Notes under the pieces: model-generated | What the model saw: the letters and a program-made list of their open reading frames with translations, nothing else | Told to the model about the DNA's origin: nothing | Databases searched by the model: none | From: Acidimicrobiia bacterium | GTDB taxonomy: Bacteria; Actinomycetota; Acidimicrobiia; Spongiisociales; Spongiisociaceae | Direction of reading: 5' to 3' | Assembly: GCA_009841075.1 (NCBI GenBank) | Contig: VXMP01000048.1 | Span: 7,090-71,089 of the forward strand | Length of the DNA stretch: 64,000 nt | In this document: piece by piece, positions 29,230 through 39,086 of the stretch | Numbering within the stretch: position 1 is the first letter of the stretch | Layout: every line of letters begins with the position of its first letter | Made by a program: the position numbers and the translations under genes

Positions 29230-30518
29230 CTAACTCCCCGACCCACCCCTTGGTAGCAGAGCCCGGCCGCCTCCACCACCTCTCTAGCTACGAGGTTCCG
29301 GGCATCTACTACCTCAGAACCCCTCATTAGCTCCCGAACCCGGCCCCAATCAACCTGTCGGAACTGCTCCCATTCGGTGGCGATCAGCAGGGCGTCGGCA
29401 CCCGCAGCCGCCGCCAACGGGTCGGCCACCAACTCCAAACCCGGCAGGGAAAACTCGGCTTGAGGGTCATAGGCCTGAACGTTGGCACCCGCCCGGGTGA
29501 GCCTTACTGCTATATCGACCGCCGGGGAATGACGGATATCGTCGGTATCGGCCTTGAAAGACAGCCCCCACAGCCCCACCGTGGATCCCGACACCTCGCC
29601 GCATAAAGCCCGGGCTACCTTGCCAAAGATGCGGCGGCGTTGATTCCCGTTTACCTCCATCACCGTGGCCAGGAGTTGGAGATCATGACCGTGTTGCCTG
29701 GCGATCTCATGTAGGGCGGAAACGTCTTTGGGTAGGCATGAACCTCCGTAACCAGGACCCGGGGCCAGGTAATGAGGTCCGATCCGATGGTCGTGTCCGA
29801 TCCCCTCCAGAACGGAGGCGGCATCGGCACCGATCTCCTCGCACAGGTTGGCGATGGAGTTGGCGAAGGTCAGGCGGGTGGCAAGATAGGCGTTGGAGGC
29901 GTATTTGATCATCTCCGCCGAGGTCGGATCGACCATTATCCGTTTCCCGGGCAGCGGACCGTAGACTTCGTCCGCCAGCCTCTCCGCCTGCTCCCGATCG
30001 GTCGAGCCGATGACAATCCGATCCGGCTGCAGGAAATCGGCTACAGCCGAGCCCTCTCGGAGAAACTCCGGGTTGGCCTGTACTGCTACCTTTTTTTGGA
30101 TGATTTCGGGAAGGCGAGAGAGTCGGAGCACGGTCCCGGGCGGGACGGTGGATTTGATAGCCAGCGCCGCACCGGGCTCCAGGTCCGAAGCGAGGTCGGA
30201 AACCGCCTGATCCAGGATGGACATGTCCGCTCCCCCATCCTCGCCGGTCGGGGTAGGCAGGGTGATGAACACCACCGAGGCACCTTCGACCGCCTTCCGA
30301 TTGGAGGCATAAAAGCCGAGCCGTTCCTGGGCCAGACCTGCGGATACGAGGTCTTCCAGGCCGGGTTCGAAAAACGGAATCCGTCCGGAACGGAGGGAGG
30401 TCAGTCGATTTTCGTCTCGCTCCCCCACCCGAACCTCATGGCCCAGATGCGCCAGCCCGGCCGCCTGGGTGACACCTACATATCCGGCCCCGATAACGGC
30501 GACCCGAATCGGTCGTAT
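29226..30518 (-). CDS. ugd: UDP-glucose 6-dehydrogenase, apparent ATA start
   Basis: NPEFLREGSAV, KYASNA, GGSCLPKD. The Rossmann motif VIGAGYVG lies upstream of the first GTG (30428); no ATG/GTG/TTG occurs before it in frame. Confidence 0.88.
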   Translation of the reverse strand: MRPIRVAVIGAGYVGVTQAAGLAHLGHEVRVGERDENRLTSLRSGRIPFFEPGLEDLVSAGLAQERLGFYASNRKAVEGASVVFITLPTPTGEDGGADMSILDQAVSDLASDLEPGAALAIKSTVPPGTVLRLSRLPEIIQKKVAVQANPEFLREGSAVADFLQPDRIVIGSTDREQAERLADEVYGPLPGKRIMVDPTSAEMIKYASNAYLATRLTFANSIANLCEEIGADAASVLEGIGHDHRIGPHYLAPGPGYGGSCLPKDVSALHEIARQHGHDLQLLATVMEVNGNQRRRIFGKVARALCGEVSGSTVGLWGLSFKADTDDIRHSPAVDIAVRLTRAGANVQAYDPQAEFSLPGLELVADPLAAAAGADALLIATEWEQFRQVDWGRVRELMRGSEVVDARNLVAREVVEAAGLCYQGVGRGVR

Positions 30519-30526
30519 AAGGTCCT

Positions 30527-31954
30527 TTACCGGGATGCGCGCACCCCTAGGAGGGCATCGGAGTTCAGGGCGTCGGCACCCAGGATCACCACCGCATCAA
30601 ACCGTTCGTCCACCGACCCGGCCTCCACCATTCCAAAACCCAGGATATCGACCATCTGTTGGCCTATCTCGTGATCCTGGGGGCGGACCCGCACCACGGT
30701 GTCAACAAAGTCGTAAACCCCGGCATCTCCCACCGAAATAGGCCCGGACACCGGAGCCTGACCCTCCAGCCAGTCGGCCCAGAGCGAGGCCTGTTGGTTC
30801 CCCCCGTTGCCGTTCAGGATCTGAAGTCGATACCCTTCGGTTAGGTTGACGGGTTCCCCTACCGTCACGGTTCCCTCCCCTCTGAACACCGCCAGCATTT
30901 CCTCGGCCTCCGGCTGGATCATGTCGAGATAGTAAACACCCTCGACGATGTTCTCGTCCAGCGGTAGCGAGAAGATCTCTATGTTTTCACGGTTCAGGCT
31001 TCGGGCCGCCCAGGCCAACTCCACCAGCCGATTGGCGGTGAGCCCGGCATCGATCACCAGGTGATCCCCGGCCGCCCGGATCACGTCACCCAGATCAAAC
31101 AGCATGGTCCAGCGTTTGGCGGATTCCAGCATGGCCAGTACGAGGCTTTGTTGACGACGGATCCGCCCCAGATCATGGGCATCTACGCTAACCCATTGGC
31201 CGTCACGAAGCTCCTGATAACTTCTCGACCGGGCGTAGGCCAGGGCCTCTTTTCCGTCCAATAATCGGACTCCGGCGTCCACACTCAGGCCCGACTTAAG
31301 GTCGCGGGCCGGATAGGCGAAAGCGATGTTAACCCCGCCCAGGGCATCCACAATGCCGGCATACCCGTAGAAGTCCATTTCCAGATAATGATCGACCTGC
31401 ACGCCGGTTATTTCTTCCACCGTTTCGATCAGCATGTCGGCACCTCCGATCGCAAAGGCGGCGTTCAGCTTTTCGTCTCCGTATCCATCGAGGCGCACCC
31501 GGAGGTCGCGGGGAAGGCTGAGAAGGCGGGCACTTCCGTTGTCGAGGGTGGCGAGCATCACCACATCGGCTCGATTGCCTTCGAGTCGGTCGTTTATGCC
31601 CAGCTCTTCGGGAAGGCCTTGACGGGTATCCCCGCCTATCACCAGAAAGGTAACCGGCTCGGTGACTTCGGGGGCTAGCCGGACGGCGGTGGTCTCGGTA
31701 ACCAGGGTGGTTGCACCCAAGACCGAGGTTGAGGTGGTAACCGCGGCGGGTGGGTTATCATCCTCCAAGGCTACGATCGAGGTGGTAGGGATGTCTTCGA
31801 TCGCCGAGCGGGCATCCCAGAGGTTGTAAAAGACCACCCCCCCTACCAGTAGGGCGCTCCCCGATATCAGACCGACAACGAGCTTCCACCATCGCCTACG
31901 GGGGAGCGAATCAGGAGGGATGGAGGAGTTATCGCCGGAGGGTTCGGTGGTCAT
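30527..31954 (-). CDS. LCP (LytR-CpsA-Psr) family protein with LytR C-terminal domain
   Basis: TM anchor, RADVVML, SLPRDL, KLNAAF, ALAYARSR, DLGRIRRQQ, ILNGNG. Confidence 0.9.
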   Translation of the reverse strand: MTTEPSGDNSSIPPDSLPRRRWWKLVVGLISGSALLVGGVVFYNLWDARSAIEDIPTTSIVALEDDNPPAAVTTSTSVLGATTLVTETTAVRLAPEVTEPVTFLVIGGDTRQGLPEELGINDRLEGNRADVVMLATLDNGSARLLSLPRDLRVRLDGYGDEKLNAAFAIGGADMLIETVEEITGVQVDHYLEMDFYGYAGIVDALGGVNIAFAYPARDLKSGLSVDAGVRLLDGKEALAYARSRSYQELRDGQWVSVDAHDLGRIRRQQSLVLAMLESAKRWTMLFDLGDVIRAAGDHLVIDAGLTANRLVELAWAARSLNRENIEIFSLPLDENIVEGVYYLDMIQPEAEEMLAVFRGEGTVTVGEPVNLTEGYRLQILNGNGGNQQASLWADWLEGQAPVSGPISVGDAGVYDFVDTVVRVRPQDHEIGQQMVDILGFGMVEAGSVDERFDAVVILGADALNSDALLGVRASR

Positions 31955-31979
31955 GGGGGAATCAGATCAATGATAAAGG

Positions 31980-32168
31980 TTATCCACAGCAGGATTCCAT
32001 AGCAGGTCCTGACCAGGGGTGGGCAGTCTCCACTGTATCCTCGGCGACTCGACCGTTCCTCCCCTTGCACTGCGAGCACACCCACACCCTGGGAACCCGG
32101 GCCCCCTCCATAACCAGGGTAAGGTACTCGTAACCGCAGTCCGGACAGACAATTTTATAGACCGGCAT
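31980..32168 (-). CDS. FmdB-like zinc-ribbon protein
   Basis: MPVY..CPDCG...CSQC and C-terminal SCCG. GGGAG RBS; last gene of the xcb operon. Confidence 0.65.
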   Translation of the reverse strand: MPVYKIVCPDCGYEYLTLVMEGARVPRVWVCSQCKGRNGRVAEDTVETAHPWSGPAMESCCG

Positions 32169-32188
32169 CCGGGCTCCGTTTCACTCCC

Positions 32189-33700
32189 TTAACCTCCGCT
32201 TATCTGTCGAGCGTGTTCCAGCAGAGACTCCAAGGCGGTCTCCTGCAAATTACGAGCGGTTGTCGCCCATTCTACGGAGTCATCCAAACGAAGTAATACC
32301 GATGAGCAATGTTCCCGAACCCGATCGGGTGCCGAACCTCCGATCATGTCTCGGGAAGCCACTACCGCGCCGATGTCCAAACCCGTCAAGAATGTCAATT
32401 GAGCCTTATGGGTGGGGGTCAACCTCACCCCGACTGCCCGAGCCGCTTCGGTTAGGCCGGGCTCGGACAAACCATCCTCTCCCGATCGTACCGCCTCTGC
32501 TATGGCCCGACCGATCACCCGATAGGCGCTTCGGTAGTCGATCCCGCCGGCCAGTACCAGACGCTCCGCCAGATCGGTAGCCGTGGTGAAATATTGACCG
32601 GCCGTTTCGGCCAGTTTCCGGGTGTCAACCTCCAAGGAGCGGACCACCTGCGTTCCCAGGCGCACCAGACGGATAGCCATGTCTACCGCACCAATCACCT
32701 CTCCATACAGGTAGAGCCAGTTGTCGGTCCGGGCGGAGGGGGTGCGTTGGGTGACCATCAGCCCGCCAACCCGTCCGATCAGCGTCCCGCACCCGCCCCG
32801 GATCACCGCCAGGGCGTAGGGGTTGCGCTTCTGCGGCAACAACACCGAGGCTCTTGAAGAGGTGCCGCCCAGCCTCACGTACCCGAACTGCGGGGCGGCA
32901 AAAATCTCCAGGTCCTCGGCCAGACGATCGACCGTCAAAACCGCCTGCATAGCCGCCACTCCACAGTCGATCATCGGGTCGCCCGACCACATCCCGTCCC
33001 GGATTTGAGCGGTGGGCCGGCTGAAACCCAGCCGCTCGGCCATGCGCGGACGGTCGAGCGGGAGGAGGGTCCCGCCTACCCCACCTGATCCGGCCGGAGA
33101 TTGGTTGACCAGCCGATAGCACCGGCGGATCCGGGCCAGGTTGCGAATACCCGGTTCGGCGAATCCGGACAGGAAATGTCCGAAAGAGGAGGGCTGGGCG
33201 GGCTGTAGGTAGGTGGTGTCGTTCCAGAAAGCCTCCGCCAGCTCCTCTGAACGACCGGCCCCCTCCTTGGTAAAGGCGGCCACCTCGTCATGTAGGTCGA
33301 GAAGTCGGTCCCGAAGCGCCAGTCGGAAGGCAATCCGTCCTGCTTCTCGTCTGGTCCGGCCGGCCGGGAGCCAACCGGCGGTGGTGCCGAGCCGTTTTTC
33401 CAGCTCTCTTTCCCGGCTGTTGTAGGCGTCTCCGTAGACCGGGCTGTAGGGGAAGTCGGACGGGTCGGTGTCCAGGAAATCCAGCAGCTCCCGACACAGG
33501 TCTGCGGCCGCTTCTTGAGGGATAACCTTCGCTTCGACCAGCTCTATCACATGGCTGAGGTCGGCCCACCCCAGACCGTCGTGCAGGAAGTGGGCATCCG
33601 CCAGCTCCAGACCATATCCGGCTTCGATCAGCTCGGGGGAGGGGCCCGACGCCAGCCGACCTTCCGCGCCCAGATAGCCCTCCGGTGGGGGAACGGTCAT
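32189..33700 (-). CDS. xcbC: Argininosuccinate lyase-like CoM biosynthesis enzyme (phosphosulfolactate phosphate-lyase)
   Basis: Fumarase/aspartase fold with variant signature RASVLLPQKRNP and TYLQPAQP. ATG 33700 coupled to the xcbE stop; CoM cluster context. Confidence 0.8.
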   Translation of the reverse strand: MTVPPPEGYLGAEGRLASGPSPELIEAGYGLELADAHFLHDGLGWADLSHVIELVEAKVIPQEAAADLCRELLDFLDTDPSDFPYSPVYGDAYNSRERELEKRLGTTAGWLPAGRTRREAGRIAFRLALRDRLLDLHDEVAAFTKEGAGRSEELAEAFWNDTTYLQPAQPSSFGHFLSGFAEPGIRNLARIRRCYRLVNQSPAGSGGVGGTLLPLDRPRMAERLGFSRPTAQIRDGMWSGDPMIDCGVAAMQAVLTVDRLAEDLEIFAAPQFGYVRLGGTSSRASVLLPQKRNPYALAVIRGGCGTLIGRVGGLMVTQRTPSARTDNWLYLYGEVIGAVDMAIRLVRLGTQVVRSLEVDTRKLAETAGQYFTTATDLAERLVLAGGIDYRSAYRVIGRAIAEAVRSGEDGLSEPGLTEAARAVGVRLTPTHKAQLTFLTGLDIGAVVASRDMIGGSAPDRVREHCSSVLLRLDDSVEWATTARNLQETALESLLEHARQISGG

Positions 33701-34644
33701 GAGCCGGAGGGTCCGTAGAACAGGTTTACCAACCCCCCGGTCACCAGAAACATGAGCTTCCCGTTGGTTTTCCCCGCCTTTTCTATCAGGTCCGCCAAGG
33801 CGGTGGCACCGTATTCCGGGTCGAGGAAGATGCCCTCGGTGACGGCCATCAGCCGAGCCGCTTCCTCTACCTGCCTGGGGTCGGGGTTCAGCTGGTCGTG
33901 GACCAGACAACCTACCGGATAGCGATGGGCTTCTCCGATCAGGTCCAAAGCGGCTTCGGAAATCTGCTCGATTCGTTCATCGCACTCTTCTGCCGGTCGA
34001 TGCACGGACGCCCCCATCAGAACCGGGCTGAACCGGCGGCGTTTGTATCCGGCCAACAGACCGGCGATCGTTCCGCAGGATCCGACCGAAAGCCAGACCG
34101 CTTCGGGACTGAAACCGACCCGGTGGGCTTGGCGTTCGATCTCGTCTACTGCGGCCAGATAACCGAGTGCACCGACCGGTCCGGCACCTCCTCGACCCAC
34201 CACATAGGGTTTACGACCTTGGTCTTCGAGCCGCTCCTTAACCTCATCCAGCATGGGGTCAACCGACGCCCGAACGGGATCACCGGTATAGACCAACCGA
34301 ACCTGATCAAGTCGGTCGAGAAGGTCCACGGCGCTGCTACCAGGTGGAGGAGGGTGGCCGAACAGTACCAGATAGCAGGGCAGGCCCTGGGCGGCGGCGG
34401 CGACCGCGGCGGTGAGCACCCAGTTGGAGCGGGGCCCTCCGCCGGTAACAAAAACATCCGACCCCTCGGCGCGGGCGGCCCCAAGGTGATATTCGACCGA
34501 CCGGGCCTTATTGCCCCCTAATCCGATTCCGGTCAGGTCGTCACGCTTCAGCCAAACCTCCGCGCCGATCGCCTCGGAAAGCCGCTCTGCCAACACCAGC
34601 GGCGTGGGCAGGCTGGCCAGACGAACCGGGTCGGGACCCCTCAA
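33697..34644 (-). CDS. xcbE: PLP-dependent D-cysteine desulfhydrase/ACC deaminase-like CoM biosynthesis enzyme
   Basis: LPTPL, KRDDLTG..GGNKAR (PLP Lys), GSCGTIAG, TEGIFLDPEY. Cluster context. Confidence 0.8.
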   Translation of the reverse strand: MRGPDPVRLASLPTPLVLAERLSEAIGAEVWLKRDDLTGIGLGGNKARSVEYHLGAARAEGSDVFVTGGGPRSNWVLTAAVAAAAQGLPCYLVLFGHPPPPGSSAVDLLDRLDQVRLVYTGDPVRASVDPMLDEVKERLEDQGRKPYVVGRGGAGPVGALGYLAAVDEIERQAHRVGFSPEAVWLSVGSCGTIAGLLAGYKRRRFSPVLMGASVHRPAEECDERIEQISEAALDLIGEAHRYPVGCLVHDQLNPDPRQVEEAARLMAVTEGIFLDPEYGATALADLIEKAGKTNGKLMFLVTGGLVNLFYGPSGS

Positions 34645-35987
34645 CCGGCGGCCTCGATAACCCGGTCGACCAGCTGCGGCCCGGCTCCCATCACCGTTTC
34701 GATATCAGCGAGCCCTTCAAGGTCAGACCGGCTCAGATGATCTGCAACCCGGGGGTCTTGCATCAGCGCCTCCTCGAACGACCATCCCTCCTCAACGGCC
34801 CGCATCGCCGCCTGGTAGATGATGTCGTGGGCGGTGTGCTTGCCGACCTGATCGGCCAACGCCCGCATAACCGGCTCGGCGAACACGAACCCTTTGCGGG
34901 CGTCTATGTTGGCCCTCATCTGCTCCTGGTCGGCTTCCAAACCCTCCAGCAGCAGGATGGCGTAGCGGGTGGCGGCCAGGGTGAACGAAACCGCCTCCGG
35001 GAGGGCGATCCATTCCGCCTTCCAGGCCCGGCCGTCCCTTTCATGGAGCTGGATCATCGCCTCGGTCATCACGTCCGCATCGGCCCGGACCAGTCGGCCC
35101 AGGGTATCCAGATGCTCGGAAAGCTCCGGGTTGCGCTTCTGTGGCATGGTGATGCTCCCCACGGTGCCGACGATGAACGGCTCTCTGACCTCTGCGATTT
35201 CGGGACGCTGCAGCTCCATGATCTCGTTACCGATCTTGGCGAGGGTGGTGGAGACCATGGCCAGAAGGTGGACGAACTCGGCAGGACCGTCCCGAGCGGT
35301 AATCCACGGTATGGGAGGAACCCGCAGGTTCATCCGTTGGGCGAAGGCGTCGATCAGGGCGAGGGACTGGTCGCCCCAGAACTCCAGCGTTCCGAGCGCC
35401 CCACCCAGCTGAACCACCTCCCGGCGAGGCCGACCCTGCTCCAGCCGCTGTCGGTGTCTTCCCAGCTCCGCAGCCCACACGGCCGCCTTGTAACCGAAGG
35501 GGATGGGAAGGGCCGGCTGGGCATGGGTTCGACCCATCATCGGGGTGGTGCGATGACGGCGGGCCAACCCGAGCGCCGCCGCCTCCAGACGGGCCAGGTC
35601 ACGCTCCAGATAGTCGCCTACCTTCTGCATAACGGAGGCCGTCCAGGTGTCGGTCACGTCTTGGACGGTGGCCCCGTAATAGACCCATTCCCGAACCGAC
35701 TCGGGGAGCTCGGCCCGCAGCACCCGAATCAGGCCGAGGGTGGAATGTCCGGTGGCTCTGGTCTCGGCGGCGATCCGCTCCAGGTCGATCGGGGCGGAGT
35801 CCGCATATCGGGTGATCCGGCGGGCCGCTTCGATCGGGATCAGGCCCACCTCGGCCTGGGCGTGGGCCAGGGCGGACAGAATCTCCAGCCAGGCCCGGAA
35901 CCGAGGCTCCTCGTCCAATAGTTTCCGGGCTTCTTCGGTGCTCCACAGATGTCCGTAGACGACCGAGTCGGCCAGATGGACACTCAT
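34641..35987 (-). CDS. xcbD: Adenylosuccinate lyase-like CoM biosynthesis enzyme
   Basis: YYGATVQD, GRTHAQ, GSITMPQKRNP, HERDG. Lacks the usual His of purB GATS motif region; cluster context. Confidence 0.8.
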   Translation of the reverse strand: MSVHLADSVVYGHLWSTEEARKLLDEEPRFRAWLEILSALAHAQAEVGLIPIEAARRITRYADSAPIDLERIAAETRATGHSTLGLIRVLRAELPESVREWVYYGATVQDVTDTWTASVMQKVGDYLERDLARLEAAALGLARRHRTTPMMGRTHAQPALPIPFGYKAAVWAAELGRHRQRLEQGRPRREVVQLGGALGTLEFWGDQSLALIDAFAQRMNLRVPPIPWITARDGPAEFVHLLAMVSTTLAKIGNEIMELQRPEIAEVREPFIVGTVGSITMPQKRNPELSEHLDTLGRLVRADADVMTEAMIQLHERDGRAWKAEWIALPEAVSFTLAATRYAILLLEGLEADQEQMRANIDARKGFVFAEPVMRALADQVGKHTAHDIIYQAAMRAVEEGWSFEEALMQDPRVADHLSRSDLEGLADIETVMGAGPQLVDRVIEAAG

Positions 35988-36892
35988 CCCACGGCGACCG
36001 GTGCCTCAACACCGGCCAGGTACCGTATCGCCTGCCTCACCTCGTCTAGATTTGCTCCCCAAGGCACCACCGCCCGGGTGCCCGAGTATTCCGTGCCCCG
36101 TTCCAGCATGCAGCATTTGATGAGCCATCGCCCACCGGGATCGGCCTGCTCCACCCGCTGCTTGGGACAGATGTCTACCTGGGCGGGCTCATGGTCGTAA
36201 AAGTAGCGGTGAAACTGCATCGACCGCTCGCAGCCGATCATGACCCATTCCCGGGCTTCGGCCGGCCTGGTATCCAGATAGGACAGATCGGCATCCAATT
36301 CGGTGCCGGCCCCTCGGCAGGGCAACAGATAGGAATCCGCCGGTAGGTCGGCGGCCAGGTCGCTGAACGAAACCGAATTCAAAACCAACTCCACCGGCGG
36401 GAGGTCCTCGTCGAAGTCCACCACCTGACCAGCCTGTACCAGCAGTTTGGGCGGTTCGGGTGGGGTTAGTTCGGTGACAAAAATCCGAACCGGATCCGGC
36501 TCCCAGATGAAGTTGATGTGTTCGAACTTTCCTTTGATCACGAACCCGGACACCCCGTCTCTTCCATGACGGGCGGCCGCATGGGCCAAGGCGGTGGCGT
36601 TACCCACATCTACGGTGGGATCTTTGATCAGCTGGGTGCGGTCGGGTCCTGACCAGACCTCTACGTCGACTACCGGTACGAACAGGTCGTCGGAGGGAGC
36701 CCGGGCCACGGCCGCCAGGCCTACCGAATCTCCGTTGACCATGGCTATGTAGTCGGTGCGTCTATATACCTCTCGTCCCAGGAGGTGGTGGCGTATGAAA
36801 TCGGGGTGGGGCGTCTCGTCAACGTGTTCCACCGACAACCCCCGATAGGGATGGGATCGGGCGTTCGGGGAGGGCTTCTCGGCTACCAACAT
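35984..36892 (-). CDS. xcbA: Conserved Cys-rich protein, probable XcbA of CoM biosynthesis
   Basis: YRRTDY, HINFI, PPEPPKL, LPCR, GCERS, ICP, KCC, VVPWGA. Position between xecA and xcbD. Confidence 0.6.
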   Translation of the reverse strand: MLVAEKPSPNARSHPYRGLSVEHVDETPHPDFIRHHLLGREVYRRTDYIAMVNGDSVGLAAVARAPSDDLFVPVVDVEVWSGPDRTQLIKDPTVDVGNATALAHAAARHGRDGVSGFVIKGKFEHINFIWEPDPVRIFVTELTPPEPPKLLVQAGQVVDFDEDLPPVELVLNSVSFSDLAADLPADSYLLPCRGAGTELDADLSYLDTRPAEAREWVMIGCERSMQFHRYFYDHEPAQVDICPKQRVEQADPGGRWLIKCCMLERGTEYSGTRAVVPWGANLDEVRQAIRYLAGVEAPVAVG

Positions 36893-36946
36893 GTCAAACC
36901 GTCTCCTACCGGCGCTTCATCCCCGAATGATAGAAGAAACAGTGGA

Positions 36947-36985
36947 CTGTCGGGCGGAATGCTTTGGCGGCGTCCCGCCCGACAG
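36947..36985 (-). terminator. Strong stem-loop between xecA and xcbA (terminator/attenuator or mRNA-stabilising hairpin)
   Basis: Perfect 11-bp stem CTGTCGGGCGG/CCGCCCGACAG, extendable; followed on the minus strand by TCCACTGTTTCTTCT. Confidence 0.55.
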
Positions 36986-37005
36986 CCTTGAGAAAATAGG
37001 TTGGT

Positions 37006-38112
37006 TCAGCCGAGCTCGGCGCGAACTATCTCCGCACCGGAAACCATGGCGTGGAGCTTGTCCTTGGCTATGTAGCGCTGCAGGAGGATGAGTCCGCAGT
37101 CGGTGGTGACGCCCAGCTGGTTGGCCGGGACATATTCCAACAGCCGACGGATCCGACCGGCAACCTGTTCGGCGGTTTCGGTGATGGTCGACTTGACGTC
37201 GACCACCCCCGCCCAGAACTGAATGTGCTCCGGTACCGGATTGTTCGCCACCACATCCAGGCCGGACAGATCGTCCGAACGACGCCCACAGTTCTCCAGG
37301 TTGAGAACATCGATGTTCGCCTCGTAGGATTTCGGTATCACCGAAGCGGTGGCGGAAGGCTCGTCACCCTGCCGGATGGTCAGATCGAAGATCTCACCGG
37401 CGTCGGCGGTATCGTCCGGGTAGTAGGCCGGGGTTCCACCCCAGTTACCCCAGCAGATGTGGACGATGATCTTGGCGTTCTGAACCCCTTGTACGGCCCG
37501 GTCAAAGGCTTCGATGGCCCAGGGTTCGTAGAAGTAGGGCCAGGTGAACTCGTCCAGCTGGATGAAGTCGATTCCCATGGCGTCGACTTCCAGGATGTCC
37601 TCGTTGATAGCGGCGGCAATATCCATTGCCCGTTGCGCCGGGTCATCGTAGTGGAGGTCGTTGGTGGCCTGGGCCAGCACCTGAATCCCGGTGTACTGTA
37701 CCTTGGTGGCCTTATTGGTGGCCTCTTTGAGCGCCCGAGCCTGCTCCACCATGATGGCACCCCGCCGCTTAACCTCCTGGGTGAGGGTTCCGGCATGAAG
37801 ACGGCTGTAGATCGGGAAGCCCAGAAACCCACCCTTCAGATCGTAGCCGAGCCGCTTGTAGTAGTAGTAGAGGGCCTGGTCGGCGTAATTGTCACCGTGG
37901 AGTCGCCCATCGGTGATGATGTCAAGACCGGCGTTTTCCTGGTCACGTGCCAGAGCCCCGACCGCATCCTCCAGAGCCTCGCGGATGTAGGCATCCGGCG
38001 GCTCCTGGTCTCCGGTCCAATCCCGAACACAGTTGGCATCCCACCAACGAGGGTTGGGATAATTCCCGACCATCGACGTGGGGATGAGTACCTCTTCACC
38101 CTTAATTTTCAT
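37006..38112 (-). CDS. xecA: Epoxyalkane:coenzyme M transferase (2-hydroxypropyl-CoM lyase)
   Basis: MetE-like fold. IPTSMVGNYPNPRWWDA, TGDQEPPDA, HGDNYADQALYYYY, GFPIYSRLHAG match Xanthobacter XecA as recalled. Zn ligands HIC and DCG present. Confidence 0.92.
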   Translation of the reverse strand: MKIKGEEVLIPTSMVGNYPNPRWWDANCVRDWTGDQEPPDAYIREALEDAVGALARDQENAGLDIITDGRLHGDNYADQALYYYYKRLGYDLKGGFLGFPIYSRLHAGTLTQEVKRRGAIMVEQARALKEATNKATKVQYTGIQVLAQATNDLHYDDPAQRAMDIAAAINEDILEVDAMGIDFIQLDEFTWPYFYEPWAIEAFDRAVQGVQNAKIIVHICWGNWGGTPAYYPDDTADAGEIFDLTIRQGDEPSATASVIPKSYEANIDVLNLENCGRRSDDLSGLDVVANNPVPEHIQFWAGVVDVKSTITETAEQVAGRIRRLLEYVPANQLGVTTDCGLILLQRYIAKDKLHAMVSGAEIVRAELG

Positions 38113-38265
38113 CGGTCTCTCCTTTGTCTGGGTGATCTATTTACACGGAATTGGCTCTGGTTCTTCTGGTACACCTCCTGGAAATATCCGAATATCTCTC
38201 TTGACTTTAGTCCTGAAAATAAAAGCCGGTCGGTGCCTTCCTCCATTTATTCGTATTCGAAGGAC

Positions 38266-39009
38266 TCAAAGAGCCGACCACCCCCCATCCACCACCAGGC
38301 CGTGGCCGGTCAGGTAGGAAAGACCTCCCGAGGCGAGCACGGCAATGGCCTGGGCGATTTCCTCCGGTTGGGCCACCCTACCTACCGGAATACGGGATTC
38401 GATCGCCTCTCGCAGCTCGGGTTGATCAAGCCGCCACCTGGTCATCGGGGTTTCGGTCATTCCCGGACAGACCGCGTTGGAGATTATCCCGTCGGCGGCG
38501 TAGTCGATGGCGATAGACCGTGCCAACCCTAAAGCAGCCGCCTTGGACACCGAATAGGCAGCCCGAGCCGGGAAGGGGACTATTCCGGCCACCGACGCCA
38601 CCGTGATGATATGTCCCGCCCGGCGAGGCACCATCCGCTTAAGTGCGGATCGGGAACACAGGTAGGCACCTCTAACGTTCACCGCCATAACCTGGTCCCA
38701 CTCTTCGGCGGGGGTGTCGCCCAGTCGGGAAGCGGAAGCCGAACCGGTGATACCTGCGTTGTTGACCAGCACTCCTACCGGACCGAGCCGATCCTCGACC
38801 GCCCCGAAACCCTCGTCCACCGCCTCTTGGTCGGACACATCAACCCCCAGACCCAAGCCGTCCTCTCCGGCGGCTTTTATTGCCGGGCCGGCCTCCAGAT
38901 CGAACACCCCAAGCCTGAACCCGTCTTGTCGGAGCCGGTCGCAGGTGGCCTTTCCGATTCCTGATCCTCCCCCGGTTACGACCGCTACCAGATCCTGCCC
39001 ATCCGGCAT
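38266..39009 (-). CDS. xecD: 2-(R)-hydroxypropyl-CoM dehydrogenase (SDR)
   Basis: NNAGITG, FPARAAYSVSK and CPGMTETPMTRWRLDQPELR retain both sulfonate-binding Arg residues of XecD. Confidence 0.85.
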   Translation of the reverse strand: MPDGQDLVAVVTGGGSGIGKATCDRLRQDGFRLGVFDLEAGPAIKAAGEDGLGLGVDVSDQEAVDEGFGAVEDRLGPVGVLVNNAGITGSASASRLGDTPAEEWDQVMAVNVRGAYLCSRSALKRMVPRRAGHIITVASVAGIVPFPARAAYSVSKAAALGLARSIAIDYAADGIISNAVCPGMTETPMTRWRLDQPELREAIESRIPVGRVAQPEEIAQAIAVLASGGLSYLTGHGLVVDGGWSAL

Positions 39010-39086
39010 TTGGAACCTCCTTGACCCGGGCTACATTTATAAAGGTGTAAATATTGATCCTATAGAAAATACCTGAGGGACGGATA

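Noticed and set aside
32189-38112. Annotation as argH, purB, dcyD and metE housekeeping genes
   Set aside because: Variant active-site motifs and linkage with comA and 2-KPCC identify them as CoM pathway paralogues.
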